This document shows positions 12,058 to 24,860 of a stretch of 64,000 nucleotides of DNA, piece after piece. Positions within the stretch are counted from its first letter, which is position 1. Every line of letters begins with the position of its first letter. Where the stretch lies: positions 58,156,001 to 58,220,000 of the forward strand of contig NC_086380.1 in NCBI RefSeq assembly GCF_036588685.1, given 5' to 3'. The notes under the pieces were generated by a model. That model was given only the letters and a program-made list of their open reading frames with translations, did no database searches and was not told where the DNA came from. This DNA is from Mytilus trossulus. Lineage: Eukaryota. Made by a program: the position numbers and the translations under genes.

Positions 12058-12164
12058 TTTTGAATTTACCCGCGATATAATACTGATCAGGAGGTACATA
12101 CTGGTCACGTGTCAAATACCTGCATTGGATCAGTTGATAGACATTTTCTGGATCTCAGGTAAAA
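12058..12164 (+). promoter_or_regulatory. Putative core promoter and non-coding exon 1 of copy 2 (intron 12159..13596)
   Basis: GGTCACGTG at 12103, TCAGTT Inr-like, tctcag|GTAAAA at 12159. Confidence 0.65.
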
Positions 12165-13597
12165 CAATGTTTAAACACTTACAATGAAATGTTTGATAAG
12201 AAAATTATTTGTTTCTAGCAAATAGAATGATTTATTATTATTTTTTAATTTTCATTTTTGATGCAAGTCAATAAAATCAAGGATTTTAAATTCTACTTTC
12301 GTTTTCCCCTTTCATATAAGGTTAAAATATCCAAACATAGTGTATGTAAATAAATAGCACAAATAAATAACAAAAAACAAAACCACGAAGATGTAGCATT
12401 GACAAAATCATTTTCATATCTTATTCTTAATGAAAATTCGACATTTGTTAATACCACCAATGTTTTTTGGAGTACAGACAAGTATGTCCACAACTATGTT
12501 GACAATTATAAATACTTTGTATAGACACTGATTGAACCCTTTGTGTCTCCTACCGCTTTTTACCCAAAAACGAATTTCTTCAAAAAATATTCCAGGTAAA
12601 GCCTCAAAAATAAAAATAAAACAAGTCATGAATAAATATACTTGAGTATTGTGGTACTTGACCATGAAAAAGTGGAAGGGCACATGGGTTCTTCAAGGTC
12701 GGCTTATCGCTATCAATGACAGGACATTTGAAATGTAACGTACACATGATAGTTTGGAAAAGGGATAAAGTGACAGATTAAGTGGTGTAACATGCCACCT
12801 ATAATTCTTCAAGAGAGTTTTTATAAGGATACGATAACATGCCGAGAACTTAACAGTCGCCTTACACGCGTCATCTGATATCATAATAGCTCATACAGTT
12901 GCCAGTGTATTTATAGACACTCTAGTAAACACTGCACGGACAAATGGAGTTTCCTCATAAACAAGGACGTTACTACATGAACGAGAGTAGTCATGGGATA
13001 AGCATATTTCTATACCTAGTCAAAGGCTTCTAATATGTCATTTGACCTGGATTTTTAATGTTGATCTTTAACCATTCCTCAGTTAAAGACCATGATGATA
13101 CGAACACATTTTTACTTGTACAAAAGGTAAAAATATTTGTACCATGGCACTGGAAAAGTACAGTCAGTTATATGTTACAGATGTATCTTGTCAAACTAAC
13201 TTTGTTTTCTTCTCTTTTCATACTTTTTTAAATACTGTTACAAATAGTTGAAGCAGGAACTTCGATCTAGAAATAAAATGACGGTTTTCAGTGATAATGA
13301 ATTAACGCCCGCCACATTATTTTTCTAGTTGGCAGTTTCTGTTTGATCGCCCATTGTGTGGCAATCATTTGCTTACGTGACTTGCACAAACAAAATTCCA
13401 TAGAACTTTAATTTGCATTTACTTAAATAATGTTAATCGGTCCTTTTATGAAACACGATAGTATGTATATCCAGCATCCGTTGAATATTGATAAGAATGG
13501 ATTAAAATCATATCTGAAAATTTGTCTAACCATGCTAACCTAAGACAGACTTTTTAAAATGCAATTTTATGTTTTTTTAAATTTTCTTTTTTGTAGT

Positions 13598-15286
13598 ATG
13601 TCGAGTAATCTGACTGTGTGTGGAGTATGTGAATACCGAAACATCAGCAAACCTTCAGTGGTCTGGTGTTCAGAATGTGATGAAGGACTTTGTGAGGGAT
13701 GTAGAGAGCATCATGCTGCTTCGAAGGCGACTAGAATTCATAGTATTGTTCTACAATCCGATTACCAGAATTTACCTTCTGATATATTGAAAATCACCAA
13801 CACATGTTCAGAACACGATGAAAAATACGTTATATTTTGTAAGAAGCATGATAGTCCATGTTGTAGTCGATGTGTCGTTGAAACACATAACGATTGCAAA
13901 GATTTAAACGCGATAGATGACGTCATTAAGGATGTAAAATCTTCAAGTGCATTCTTAGAGATGGAACAAATGTTGACAGAACTTTCAGAAAATTTACAGA
14001 GAATAAGAAAAGATCGACAAGAAAACATTAAAATTTTACGAGAGAACAGGACAAACATAGAAAAAGAAGTCCAGCAGACAAGAAGCCTGATTAACAATCA
14101 TCTTGATAGGTTACAGGAAAATTTGATAAAAGAGTTGTATGACGTTGAGAAAAATGAAAACAAAATCATCACAAACATAATATCATTAATAGAAGAGAAA
14201 GAAAGAGAAATTATCAAAAGTCAAACTAATTTAGATAAAGTTAAAAAGCATGCATCAGACCTCCAGACGTTTCTGGCTTTGAAGCACATCCAACGAGATG
14301 TCAGTAACAACGAACAATTTATGGAATCGTTGATAAAGGAAGAGAAATTGAACAATGCATCTATTTCTTGGAAAAATGAAAATGCTTTAGAGATTTTACC
14401 TAACCAAATCAAGAAGATGGGAACCATAATTCTAGATACGAAGGCAGGTGAAGCAACATTAACAAACAGGAAAAACCAACAAGCTCAGATAATGCTGCCA
14501 AATACATATGTTCCTACCATTGATGATATAACACTTACTTTAAAACAGACCATGAAGACAATAGGAATTGATATCACAAGTTGCTGCTTGTATGATGGCA
14601 GGATGATTTTCTCCTGTTTTAATAGTGAACAAATTTACGTCCTGAAAACCAACGGGTCTTTAGATTTTACATTGAATCCTGGATCGCATACTTCGCATAT
14701 ATACTATATTGAAGAAAGCCAAAAACTCCTTGTAGCACCTGGTCATGACTTCACCTGCATTACAATTATTAACATGAAAAATAGAAAAACTGAGAAATCT
14801 ATTAAAGTTGGATCAGAGATTTATGGAATTGTTCACAAAGATGGAAATGTGTTCTATAATGGAGGCAGTCGTGGATTATGTGTTGTAGGTTTATATGACG
14901 ACGACTCTATAACACAGCTAGTTAACGTTAGATTGTCTACATATAGTAGCATTGTCATGTGGTCAGATAATCTTTACTTTATAACCTATGATGATACAGT
15001 ATCATGCTGTGATCTCCAAGGGACATTGAAATGGAAATTAGAGCAGAAAAATATTTTTACAAAGGCTCGAGGTATAACAGTGGACAATTATGGACGTGTT
15101 TACGTATCGTGCTATGGATCTAACATGGTCGTCGTTATTTCACCAGATGGAACCAAACACAGGGTGTTGCTGTCAAAGAAAGATGGTATTAAAAACCCAC
15201 AAGCTTTGTGCTTCGATCAAAAAAGTAACAAGTTACTTATTGCAAACAAATGCAATGACGCATTTCTTTATAACGTTTCAAAATGA
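13598..15286 (+). CDS. RING-less TRIM-like protein, copy 2, 562 aa
   Basis: Same architecture; ORF 13559..15286 trimmed to MSSN after ttttttgtag t ATG. Confidence 0.9.
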   Translation: MSSNLTVCGVCEYRNISKPSVVWCSECDEGLCEGCREHHAASKATRIHSIVLQSDYQNLPSDILKITNTCSEHDEKYVIFCKKHDSPCCSRCVVETHNDCKDLNAIDDVIKDVKSSSAFLEMEQMLTELSENLQRIRKDRQENIKILRENRTNIEKEVQQTRSLINNHLDRLQENLIKELYDVEKNENKIITNIISLIEEKEREIIKSQTNLDKVKKHASDLQTFLALKHIQRDVSNNEQFMESLIKEEKLNNASISWKNENALEILPNQIKKMGTIILDTKAGEATLTNRKNQQAQIMLPNTYVPTIDDITLTLKQTMKTIGIDITSCCLYDGRMIFSCFNSEQIYVLKTNGSLDFTLNPGSHTSHIYYIEESQKLLVAPGHDFTCITIINMKNRKTEKSIKVGSEIYGIVHKDGNVFYNGGSRGLCVVGLYDDDSITQLVNVRLSTYSSIVMWSDNLYFITYDDTVSCCDLQGTLKWKLEQKNIFTKARGITVDNYGRVYVSCYGSNMVVVISPDGTKHRVLLSKKDGIKNPQALCFDQKSNKLLIANKCNDAFLYNVSK

Positions 15287-16239
15287 GTTGATACACTATC
15301 TCTCAGATAAGCTTATCTGTCATGAATATGTTTATATTGTTAAACTTGGAAATATGCTTTTTGTGTTCTTTTTAATGAAAAATCTCAAATACTGACCAGA
15401 TTTATGATGTAACCACTGCATTTGTCATCGCTACAGTCAATGTGTCCCCGGTATTGAGCATGGGCAATATATGCAAAACGTGCTTGCAAAGTTTAGTGAT
15501 TCATATGATTAACTAATTTGTATAAAAAAAAAGATTGCACATTTACAATACAAACCTTGCTCATAAAAAATTAACTTGCATAGTTGTTTGCCAAAACAGA
15601 TGGTAAAGTTGTAGCTCGATCAAGTTTAACATTAGTCCAATATCATAATAGTTTACAATTCATAAAAGGAAACAAGAAATCAACAATATGAAAGTAAAAG
15701 TAACTTTAAAGTGAAAGTGAAAGTACAATCAAGGTAAAATGAAAATAAAAATAATAAAAAAAGAAACAGAACAAATCTACTGACATATTCACTAGCTTAT
15801 AAATTCGAAAGTCGTGTGTGGTGTTTCTCTTAGCTCATATCTTTTTTTGATGTCGTTAGTTTTTGTTTCGAGAAAATAATCTATGATATCAAGATATTGT
15901 TAAACTTATTTTACAACGTTTACTTCGTGTCTACTTTTATTTATATCCAACTTTAAATGGTCCTTCAAATAAATAACTTCGGCTTTGCATGAGATTTTAA
16001 AATCTCGTGAACTATTGATATGTAAATAATACGAACCAATGATTCGATCAAGGAACAATGGCAAAGAATGTTAACTTTCCACATTAGTTCAAGTGCAATT
16101 TTCAGAACATTAGAATAACACTATTTTGTATTTCTACCACATCAGAAAATAAAATTAAGAATGGATACTTACTAACATTCATAAAATTGATGATTAACGG
16201 TCAAATAATTGCAATGCTTTTGTGCACGTTTATTTCACG

Positions 16240-16915
16240 GTATATAAAGGCAACAGTTGTATACCGCTGTTCGAAATTCATAAATCGATTGAGAAAAAAA
16301 CAAATCCGGGTTACAAACAAAAACTGAGGGAAACACATCAAATATAGGAGGAGAACAAAGACACAACAGAAACACTAAAATACAACACACACAGAAATAA
16401 TTTATAAGATAACAATAGCCATTTTCGTAACTTGGTACAGGACATTTTAAGAAAAATGGTAGGCTGTACCTGGTTTTGTGGCTAGCCAAGCCTCCCGCTT
16501 TTATGGCTAAATATAACACTGAAATGACAACATTACATGACAGGACTACATTACAAATAAATAGAAGAACATACAGGACAGATAAACACACACATAAACA
16601 ATACAATAGAACATTACGACAAGCTAATAGTTATTAAAGGTACCAGGCTTATAATTTAAAACGCCAGACTCGTTTTACGTCTACATAAGGCTCATCGATG
16701 ACGTTCATGTCAAAATAGCAAAGAAAGTCAAACAAATTAAGATGAAGAGCATTGATAACCCAAAATTCCAAAAAGTTCTGCCAAATTCGGCTAAGGTTAT
16801 CTGACTGTGATAAGAAAATCCTTAGTATTTAGAATAATTCATATTTTTGCAAACAGTAAATTTATCAGTAGAATTACCATATAATTGATATATTTGTTAA
16901 CAACGAAGTGGGGAC
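16240..16915 (-). repeat. Interspersed repeat, same family as 44082-44782
   Basis: ggcaacagt.gtataccgctgttc.aaa.tcataaat... and downstream blocks align between the two copies. Confidence 0.7.
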
Positions 16916-16988
16916 TAATTCCAGAATAAAAAAGAATACATAAAACAACTTAGATTAGCACATAGAAACCGCACAGCCGAACAACGCA

Positions 16989-17840
16989 TTGTATGTCTTA
17001 CAAAACAATTTGTCAATAGAATGTCAACTTGATTTATTTGACAAAATGGTTTTACCAATACTGTTATATGGATCAGAAATATGGGGTTTTGAAAATATAG
17101 ATATACTTGAACGTGTACATTTACAATTTTGTAAAATGATTTTACATTTAAAACAGTCTACTCCAAATTGCATGATGTATGCAGAACTTAGCAGATATCC
17201 CATTACTGTGTCTGTAAAACTGCGAATGATTATTTTCTGGAGTAGACTACTTAATGGAAAAGAAAGTCAAATTTGTGCTGTATTACATATATACTTGTAT
17301 TTTTATATTATAATGATAACGGAATAGAAACTAAGTAGATATCATATATCAAAAATATTCATTGATAGTTGTGGTATGTCCAATATATGGAATGCACAGT
17401 TTGCTCATAAATGGGTGACTGAATGTATTGAACAAAAACTCAAAGACCAGTTTCAACAAGAATGAAAGCTTTTGTTGCAGAATCACTTAAAACTTTATGT
17501 TATCGTATTTTGAAAATTTAAAAAATATTTTTCTGTTTTACCTTACAAATCCATTTTTACATTATTCAAATATATATGTGGTAGTCACCACTTGCCGGTT
17601 GAGTCTGCATGGAAGGTGACAAGATTTAGCGAAAGAAGACAGAATCTGCCGTCTCTGTGACTCAAACGACATTGGTGACGAGTACCATTATACTGGTACA
17701 TGAATTGTGAATTTTTTAAGTTTGAAAGAAAGTTTTTCTGGCCGTCATTCAAAATGTTTACTGGAAAAACAGAAAAATAAAAAACGTTACTTCTTCTATC
17801 GGACAGAAAATTAAAAAAAAAACGAATGAGGTTGTCGTCC
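16989..17840 (+). mobile_element. Decayed 3' fragment of a non-LTR retrotransposon (CR1/L2/Crack group) ORF2
   Basis: LFDKMVLPILLYGSEIWGF..LERVHLQFCK..LKQSTPN..YAEL post-RT motif; downstream HHLPVE..RICRLCDSNDIGDEYHY Cys/His motif; stops and frameshifts. Confidence 0.8.
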
Positions 17841-18436
17841 AAATTGCTAGATTACCAATATACGGTATTATGCTATAAATATATAATGATATAGAAATGA
17901 CATCTCCTTGAATGACGCAGCCTCTCTGATATTTAAGGAAAAAAAATGATTTTTCAAGTTATACACAACAGAACCTAAAAAATTCCAATACCTATGAGAA
18001 CAACAGATGAATTTCCCCCATAAAAAGACAAACTTGACATTTAAATTCAAACAACTTTCTAATTCCATCTTGTTTAGCAAAATACAGAAAATATGTTTCT
18101 CTCTCTCAAATTACAAATTATTTCTTTTCTCTTTCAAAAATTACAATTTATTTCTGACTGAAACAAACTACTAGACAACATCATAAATAGTACCTCAGTA
18201 GACTCTTCAAGTTCAAATGTTCAATCTCAAAACATCAATGTTAAATGAAATTTATCATATTATATTAAACCAATTTTACATTTGTAACATTAATTCTATT
18301 TATATTTGAAAATGAATATAATATGAATTCAATGTACGTCCTGTCAGAAATTTTAGTACATAATCAGTAATTTGCTAAAGGTAGTAACTATGTCTAATAT
18401 ATAAAACAAAAAGAATTATCAAGGATATGCTTGTTA

Positions 18437-18538
18437 TTTTGAATTTAATTGCGATATTTCACTTATCAAATAGTACGGACTGGTCACATGTGCAAATACC
18501 TGCATTGGATCAGTTAGACAATTTCAGATAAAGTAATG
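18437..18538 (+). promoter_or_regulatory. Degenerate promoter/exon-1 module of copy 3
   Basis: GGTCACATG at 18482; short deletion; donor position reads cag|ATAAAG (18528). Confidence 0.5.
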
Positions 18539-19976
18539 TTTTGAACACTTACAATGGCATGCTTGTAATACAAGTAGTTGATTTGTTTCTAACAAATATG
18601 ATTATCATAATTATGTTTTTTAAATTTCATATTAAATGCAAGTCAATAAAATCAATGACTTTTAAATTCTACTTTCGTTTTCGCTTCGCGTTTAATGTTA
18701 AAGTATCCAAACATTGGGTTTGTAAATAAAAAGCACAAAATTAATGATAAAAAAGACCAAGAACATAGTTTTTAACACCACTAATTTTATTTTGAGTACA
18801 GACAAATATGTCCACCTGGAAAATGTTAGGATCTTAAGATCTGCATAATTATACAATCATTCACAATTAAAAATACATTGTATAACACTGATTATACAGT
18901 ATGTATCTCCTACTGCTTTTTACCGAAATTCGAAATTCTTTCAGTAAATACGCAAAAACACAAGTAATGAATGCATTATATACTTGAGATCACTTGAGTA
19001 TTGTTTTGATTGATTGATTATTTCATGCTTTATCATGTTAACGTGGAAGGGCAAATACATACAATAGATAGATGCATTCGCTAGCAAGCTTTACATTACT
19101 ACTTGAACGGGAGAAGTCATAGGATGAGCATATTTCTATACCTAGTCAAACACTTTTAGTATGCCCTTTGACCTTGCTTTAAAATGTACTTCTAATGACC
19201 TTTGATCCGTTCTCAGTTTAATCCCGTGATAAAACAAATAAATGTTTACATGTATCATATTAAGTAATGATATTTGTAGCACACCACTGTGCACAAGTAC
19301 AGTTTCATGTAAAATATCAATAATTGTCTTGTAAAATAACTTTATTTACTTGTCTTTTTCATACTTTTCAACATGTTTAATTGTTGGTTTTTCTTTGAAT
19401 ACTGTTACAAATAGTTGGAGGAGGAACTTCTATTCCGTAAATAAAGGAAGATCAATGAAGATAAATCAAAGATCGTCACACTAATTTTCCAGTCGACAGT
19501 ACTAACATAAAGTTTGAAACAGAAAAAAAATGTAGTGCCACGGAAACAATACTATTTGTTCGTTAATTGTGTGGCAAGCATATGCATACATGACTTGCAA
19601 CAACAAGATTAAATAGATAAAATTCAGAATGGAAATGGGGAATGTGTCAAAGATACAACAATCCGACCAAAGAGCAGATAACAGTCGAAGGCCTTCAATG
19701 GATCTTCAATACAGCAAGAGAATCCCGCACCTGGAGGCGTGCTTCAATTGGCCCCTTAACAAAATGTGTAATAGTTCAATTATAATGGACATCATACTTA
19801 ACTCCGAAAAACATCAAAGAAATTAAAATTAAAAATCATTCAAGAATAACAAACGCCAGAGGATTCTAATTTGGTGCAAGCACGCAAAAATGCAGCGGGG
19901 TTTAACCTTAATTTGCATTTACTTTAAAGAAAAAAAAAAAAAAAAAACTCTTATGAAGTATATTTTTTTTTGTAGC

Positions 19977-21662
19977 ATGTCGAGTAAATATACTGTTTGT
20001 GGAGTATGCAGTTATCAGCACATTAACAAGCCATCAGTGGTCTGGTGTTCGGAATGTGACGAAGGACTTTGTGAAGAATGTAAAGTGCATCATACAGCTT
20101 CAAAGGCGACCAGAGACCATAGTATTGTACTACGATCCGTCTACCATAATTTACCTTCTATTATATTGGAAATCACTCAAACTTGTCCAAAGCACGAAGA
20201 AAAATACGTTATATTTTGTAAGAAGCATGATATTCCATGTTGTAGTCGATGTGTTGTTGAAACACATAACGATTGCAAAGATTTAAACGCGATAAATGAC
20301 GTCATTAAGAATGTAAAATCGTCAAGTGCATTCTTAGAGATGGAACAAGTGTTGAAAGAACTTTCAGAAAATTTGCAGAGAGTAAGAAAAGATCGAGAAG
20401 TAAACACTGAAAGTCTAAGGGAGAACATAACAAACATAAAAAAAGAAGTTCAGCATACACGAGTATTGATTAACAATCATTTGGATAAGATACAGGAAAG
20501 TCTGATGAAAGAGCTGTTTTCGGCCAAGGAAAATGAAAACAAGAAAATAAGCAATTTAATATCATCAATACAAGAGAAAGAAAAAGAGATAACAGAATTT
20601 CGAACCACTCTAGATAAAATAAAACAGCATGCTTCAGACCTGCAAACATTTTTAGCTTTGAAACACATCCAACAAGATGTCAGGAGCAACGAACAATTTC
20701 TGGAATCTTTAATAAAAGACGAGAAAATAAAACATGTGTCCATTTCTTTGAGAAACGAAACATCTGTTGAGAACCTATTTACCACTATGAAGAAGATGGG
20801 AACCATTGTCTTGGAAACCAAGTCACGTGATGCAACATTAACAAACCGTAAGCATCAACAAGCACAGATACTGATGCCTGCTACACCCGTTCCTACTATT
20901 GATGATATAAAACTTACTTTGAGACAGACTGTAAAAACTATTGGAACATATATCTCTTGTTGCTTCTTACTTCCTGATGGCAGAATGATTTTTTCCTGCT
21001 GCACAAGCGGACACATAAGCGTACTAAAAAGTGACGGGACTTTGGATTTTACATTAAGGACTGAACAACGTACATCTCATATATTCTTCATTGAGGAAAG
21101 CCAAAAGCTTGTCGTAACATCAGGCAATGCTTACTGCATTCAAATGATCGATATGAAAACCAGAATAACTGAGAAATCGATTGATGTTGGATTACGGAAT
21201 TATGGAATAGCTCACAAAGATGGGAAATTGATTTATAATGGCTATTACGATGGATTAAACGTTGTAAATTTAGATAACAACTCTGTTTCCCAGTTAGTAA
21301 AAGTTTCATTATCAAAATATGCCAGCATTGCAATTTGGTCAGATAATCTTTATTTCATTAACAATGATGATTCAGTAACATGTTGTGATATCCAAGGGAC
21401 CTTGAAATGGAAATTAGGACCTGTAGCTGTTCTTAAGACGGCACGAGGTATTACAGTAGACACTTTTGGGCGTGTTTACGTATCAGGCTATACAACTTCC
21501 AATGTCGTCGTAATTTCACCAGATGGAAAGGTCCACAAATTATTGCTGTCAGAGAAGGATGGTTTGGAACATCCGCAAGCTGTTTGCTTTGATCGAACAA
21601 ATAACCAGTTACTAATTGCGAACCATCGAAATGACGCATTTATTTATGACGTTTCAAAATAA
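19977..21662 (+). CDS. RING-less TRIM-like protein, copy 3, 561 aa
   Basis: Same architecture; ORF 19890..21662 trimmed to MSSK after tttttgtag c ATG. Confidence 0.88.
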   Translation: MSSKYTVCGVCSYQHINKPSVVWCSECDEGLCEECKVHHTASKATRDHSIVLRSVYHNLPSIILEITQTCPKHEEKYVIFCKKHDIPCCSRCVVETHNDCKDLNAINDVIKNVKSSSAFLEMEQVLKELSENLQRVRKDREVNTESLRENITNIKKEVQHTRVLINNHLDKIQESLMKELFSAKENENKKISNLISSIQEKEKEITEFRTTLDKIKQHASDLQTFLALKHIQQDVRSNEQFLESLIKDEKIKHVSISLRNETSVENLFTTMKKMGTIVLETKSRDATLTNRKHQQAQILMPATPVPTIDDIKLTLRQTVKTIGTYISCCFLLPDGRMIFSCCTSGHISVLKSDGTLDFTLRTEQRTSHIFFIEESQKLVVTSGNAYCIQMIDMKTRITEKSIDVGLRNYGIAHKDGKLIYNGYYDGLNVVNLDNNSVSQLVKVSLSKYASIAIWSDNLYFINNDDSVTCCDIQGTLKWKLGPVAVLKTARGITVDTFGRVYVSGYTTSNVVVISPDGKVHKLLLSEKDGLEHPQAVCFDRTNNQLLIANHRNDAFIYDVSK

Positions 21663-22671
21663 ATTGTTACAATATCAACCTCAACACTGTTATAAATTTC
21701 TCTCGAACAAGTTATTAATTGTGAAAGAACAAAATCACGCATTTCGTAATGACGTTTCAATAAAAATTAAGATGAGCTTCTCTGTTATCTAGACATAAAT
21801 CTGTTCTTATTGAGAAAAAAAAATGAATTGCACTCTTTTTTAATGCACATAATTATAAATGAGTTTAAATTGAGGCTATGGTACATCCACACATTATACG
21901 GATTCAATATGCTATCACTTCAGTTTAGGTCGCTACAATTTTTTGTACAAGTAAAGGTAGATTGGTTAAAAAAACACATCATGTTATGTTTAAAATTGTT
22001 TTAAAATTATAAAATTGGGACTGGAATCGGGGAATGTGTCTCAAAGAGACATTAAACCAATCAAAGAGCAGAAAGCATCCAAAGGCCACTGATCGGTCTC
22101 AATACAACAAGAACATCCCTGTAGATCTGCAGCTGACCCATTATGCTGGTTTTAAAGTTTAACTATGTCATACAGTGTAGAAGTAGTGCACAGGATCGTG
22201 CCTTCCTGCATTTAAAGCATCTATATATATAAATATGTATAAAAAAGGAAGATTTGTTGTGATAGCCTATGAGACAACTCTCCACAAAAGACCACGGGAC
22301 ACAGAAATAAACAACTTTCTTAATCAAAGATCATACCGAATAGTCGGTTATTAAAGGCCAGAAATGACAAATGTATAACAATTCATACAAGAAAACTAAT
22401 AACCTAATTTAAGTAAAATATAATGAAAGAAAAACAAAAACTTAACACGGCAACAAATGGACTTGTGACAGAAACAGGCAGAATGTGGGTTGCTTTAACA
22501 AATAAAGTTTTGCTAATCTATCATGTTCTTATATTTCCTTTCTCAATTTTATTGATCATGTTAATTATTTACTCAAAATTGTCTGCTTTGCTCATTTAAT
22601 CTCCTGTATGCACATATTCTAATTTAACTGAAGTCGACATACAAGGGTATTTTTTTTAATAACAAGCTTAA

Positions 22672-23010
22672 CAGAGGGGCGAAAGTTACCAGAGGGACAG
22701 TCAAACTCATAAATCGAAAATAAACTGACAACGCCATGGCTAAAAATGAAAAGACAAACAGACAAAAAATAACACACATGATACAATATATAAAACTAAA
22801 GAATAAGTAACACGAACTCCACCAAAAACTGGGGGTTATATCAGGTGCTCCGGAAGGGTAAACAGATCCTGCTCCACTTGTGGCAACCGTCGTGTTGTTC
22901 ATGTTCTAAAAAATCCGGCAAATAGTCTTATTCGGTAAGTCACATTGATGAAAGGGAAGGGGGTTGTTGTTTCGACGTAAGGAACATATCCGATATCATC
23001 TGTGAAGCGG
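22672..23010 (-). repeat. SINE-like repeat (also ~52497-52840 on -, ~58840-59080 on +)
   Basis: Shared gtggagcaggatctg.ttacccttccggagcacctga...gagtttgactgtccct block. Confidence 0.7.
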
Positions 23011-24493
23011 TTATTCTATCATTAACATATCCACATGTTCACCAGTAACTATAGTCACGACATCTCGTGAACTATTGATACACAAATTATAACGAGATGT
23101 GATATAAATGTTCAATGTTTCGATCAAAGTACAATGGTAAGGAATGTTAACAACTTTAAATCTTGACATAAGTATTAAGTTCAATTGCAATCTGTCAAAA
23201 CCTGATAATACCATGTTTTTGTAATTCTACCACAACAACAGAAAACTAATTTAACTTGCATTCATATAGCATTGAACTAGCGCAGCGACTTTGCAAGTTT
23301 TCCTGTATACTCCCTTTGGAGTACAAATACACATATTCTTTTTATTCACTAATCACAGTGCCAGTACTAGGGCAGAATACAGTTAAATTATGACTACAAG
23401 ACAAAACATACAATACTTTGAACATGATTTGAATGATTTAGTTGTTTCAATCATGGAACAGATATACATTATTTTAGGCAAAGAATTGCATAAAATATAC
23501 AAAACTGACTAATTAAACCCAGACATGTGGATTTCACCTGGAACATAAAAATTTCCAACAAAATAGAAATATAATAAAAGGGGGCAGCTATCAAGTAATT
23601 TTTTCAATAATAGTGGCTCTCTTTGTTTTGACATTTGTTTTTAAAGTTTATTAAAACATAAATGATATATATATATATCTTCGTTGCATAACATCCAAAT
23701 TAATTTCTTTTCATCTGAAAGTGTATAAGAATTTATATTAACTTTTGATTGCTTAAAATATGGTTTGCGTACTGTTGCTAAGCATAGGCATTCAGTAAAT
23801 AAAGGATTTTATCTTCGTCAGATTTTTTAACAGTGACCAAAATAAGGTTTCAAACGGCCATGTGCTAAAACAAACCAGAGACATAAATACATGTGTATAT
23901 ATGTATATGTTAAAACTGCTGACATACTTTAAACTCAGAACCAAAGATCTAACGATCGACCAAGACATGATCGCAACGAAAAACATTGTTGCTGTTTATC
24001 TTATTTCTACGTTCATTGTTAAGAAATATCTCATCAAAATTTAGTTCGCAGGTATATTTTACAGTATTTCAATTTTGTAGGCTAATTATGTGGGCACAAG
24101 GGTAAGAATCAAACAACTAGAAAAAGAGAAAGGGGCTGACAATCTCGAAAATCAAGCTTATGAATTGAAACAAATCATGTTCACATTCCGACCAGCTCAT
24201 GACTTTGTGTAAAACAACAAACAGACATCCCCTCGAAAATAACCTTCCTTTTAAACTAGTCTAAGCGATCATGATTGCCATGTAACCACTCATCTTCACT
24301 TTATCTTCTCATGAATAAACTTTACCATTACGGAATCGGAAGGATTTTTCTTTTCAAGTAATCACAATGAAGCAAGTAGTAATTCATTGTAGTTCTGGAG
24401 AGGAAAATTCTGATTATGTAGCAATTAAGTCGGAGGTTCCATCGGGTTCATTCCCTAGACAGATAATTTTCTTGTATTCAATAACATGTACAA

Positions 24494-24860
24494 ATGATCA
24501 GGTGGTTATTTGCTGATGACAACAAAGCAATGTTGGTACAAAAATCCAATTCTGACTCATTTACATTGCAAAAAGAATTTGACAAATTGGTAACATGGGA
24601 CTTAACATGCACAATGACATTTTACCCGGATAAATTCAATGCAATTTCAGTCACTAGAAAATTCAATTATACACTACATTATCACTCTTTTGAAGCAGCA
24701 AGATTAATCGTGGTAATAATCATAATTAATGGACATAAGCTCAACATCAGGGTTCAACAGCCATTTACCAGCAAGGATACGATCACTAGAGTGTGCTTAC
24801 AACAACACATAGACAGTATTGGCAGAGTTCAAATGGTTGTTCCACTTTTTCGTTTGTAAC
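24494..24860 (+). mobile_element. Ancient LINE RT remnant embedded in the upstream region of the array unit (homologs ~385-740, ~35260-35350, ~53230-53300)
   Basis: LFADD..LQKEFDKLVTW..MTFYPDK matches the RT catalytic and following motifs of CR1/L2-type elements. Confidence 0.6.

Noticed and set aside
16989-17327. RT fragment plus variable paralogs as a diversity-generating retroelement
   Set aside because: The RT pieces are decayed LINE fragments; no template/variable repeat pair or evident adenine-specific variation.
22624-22902. 92-aa ORF and similar short ORFs (16235, 44175, 59145, 62669)
   Set aside because: Translations of interspersed repeats.
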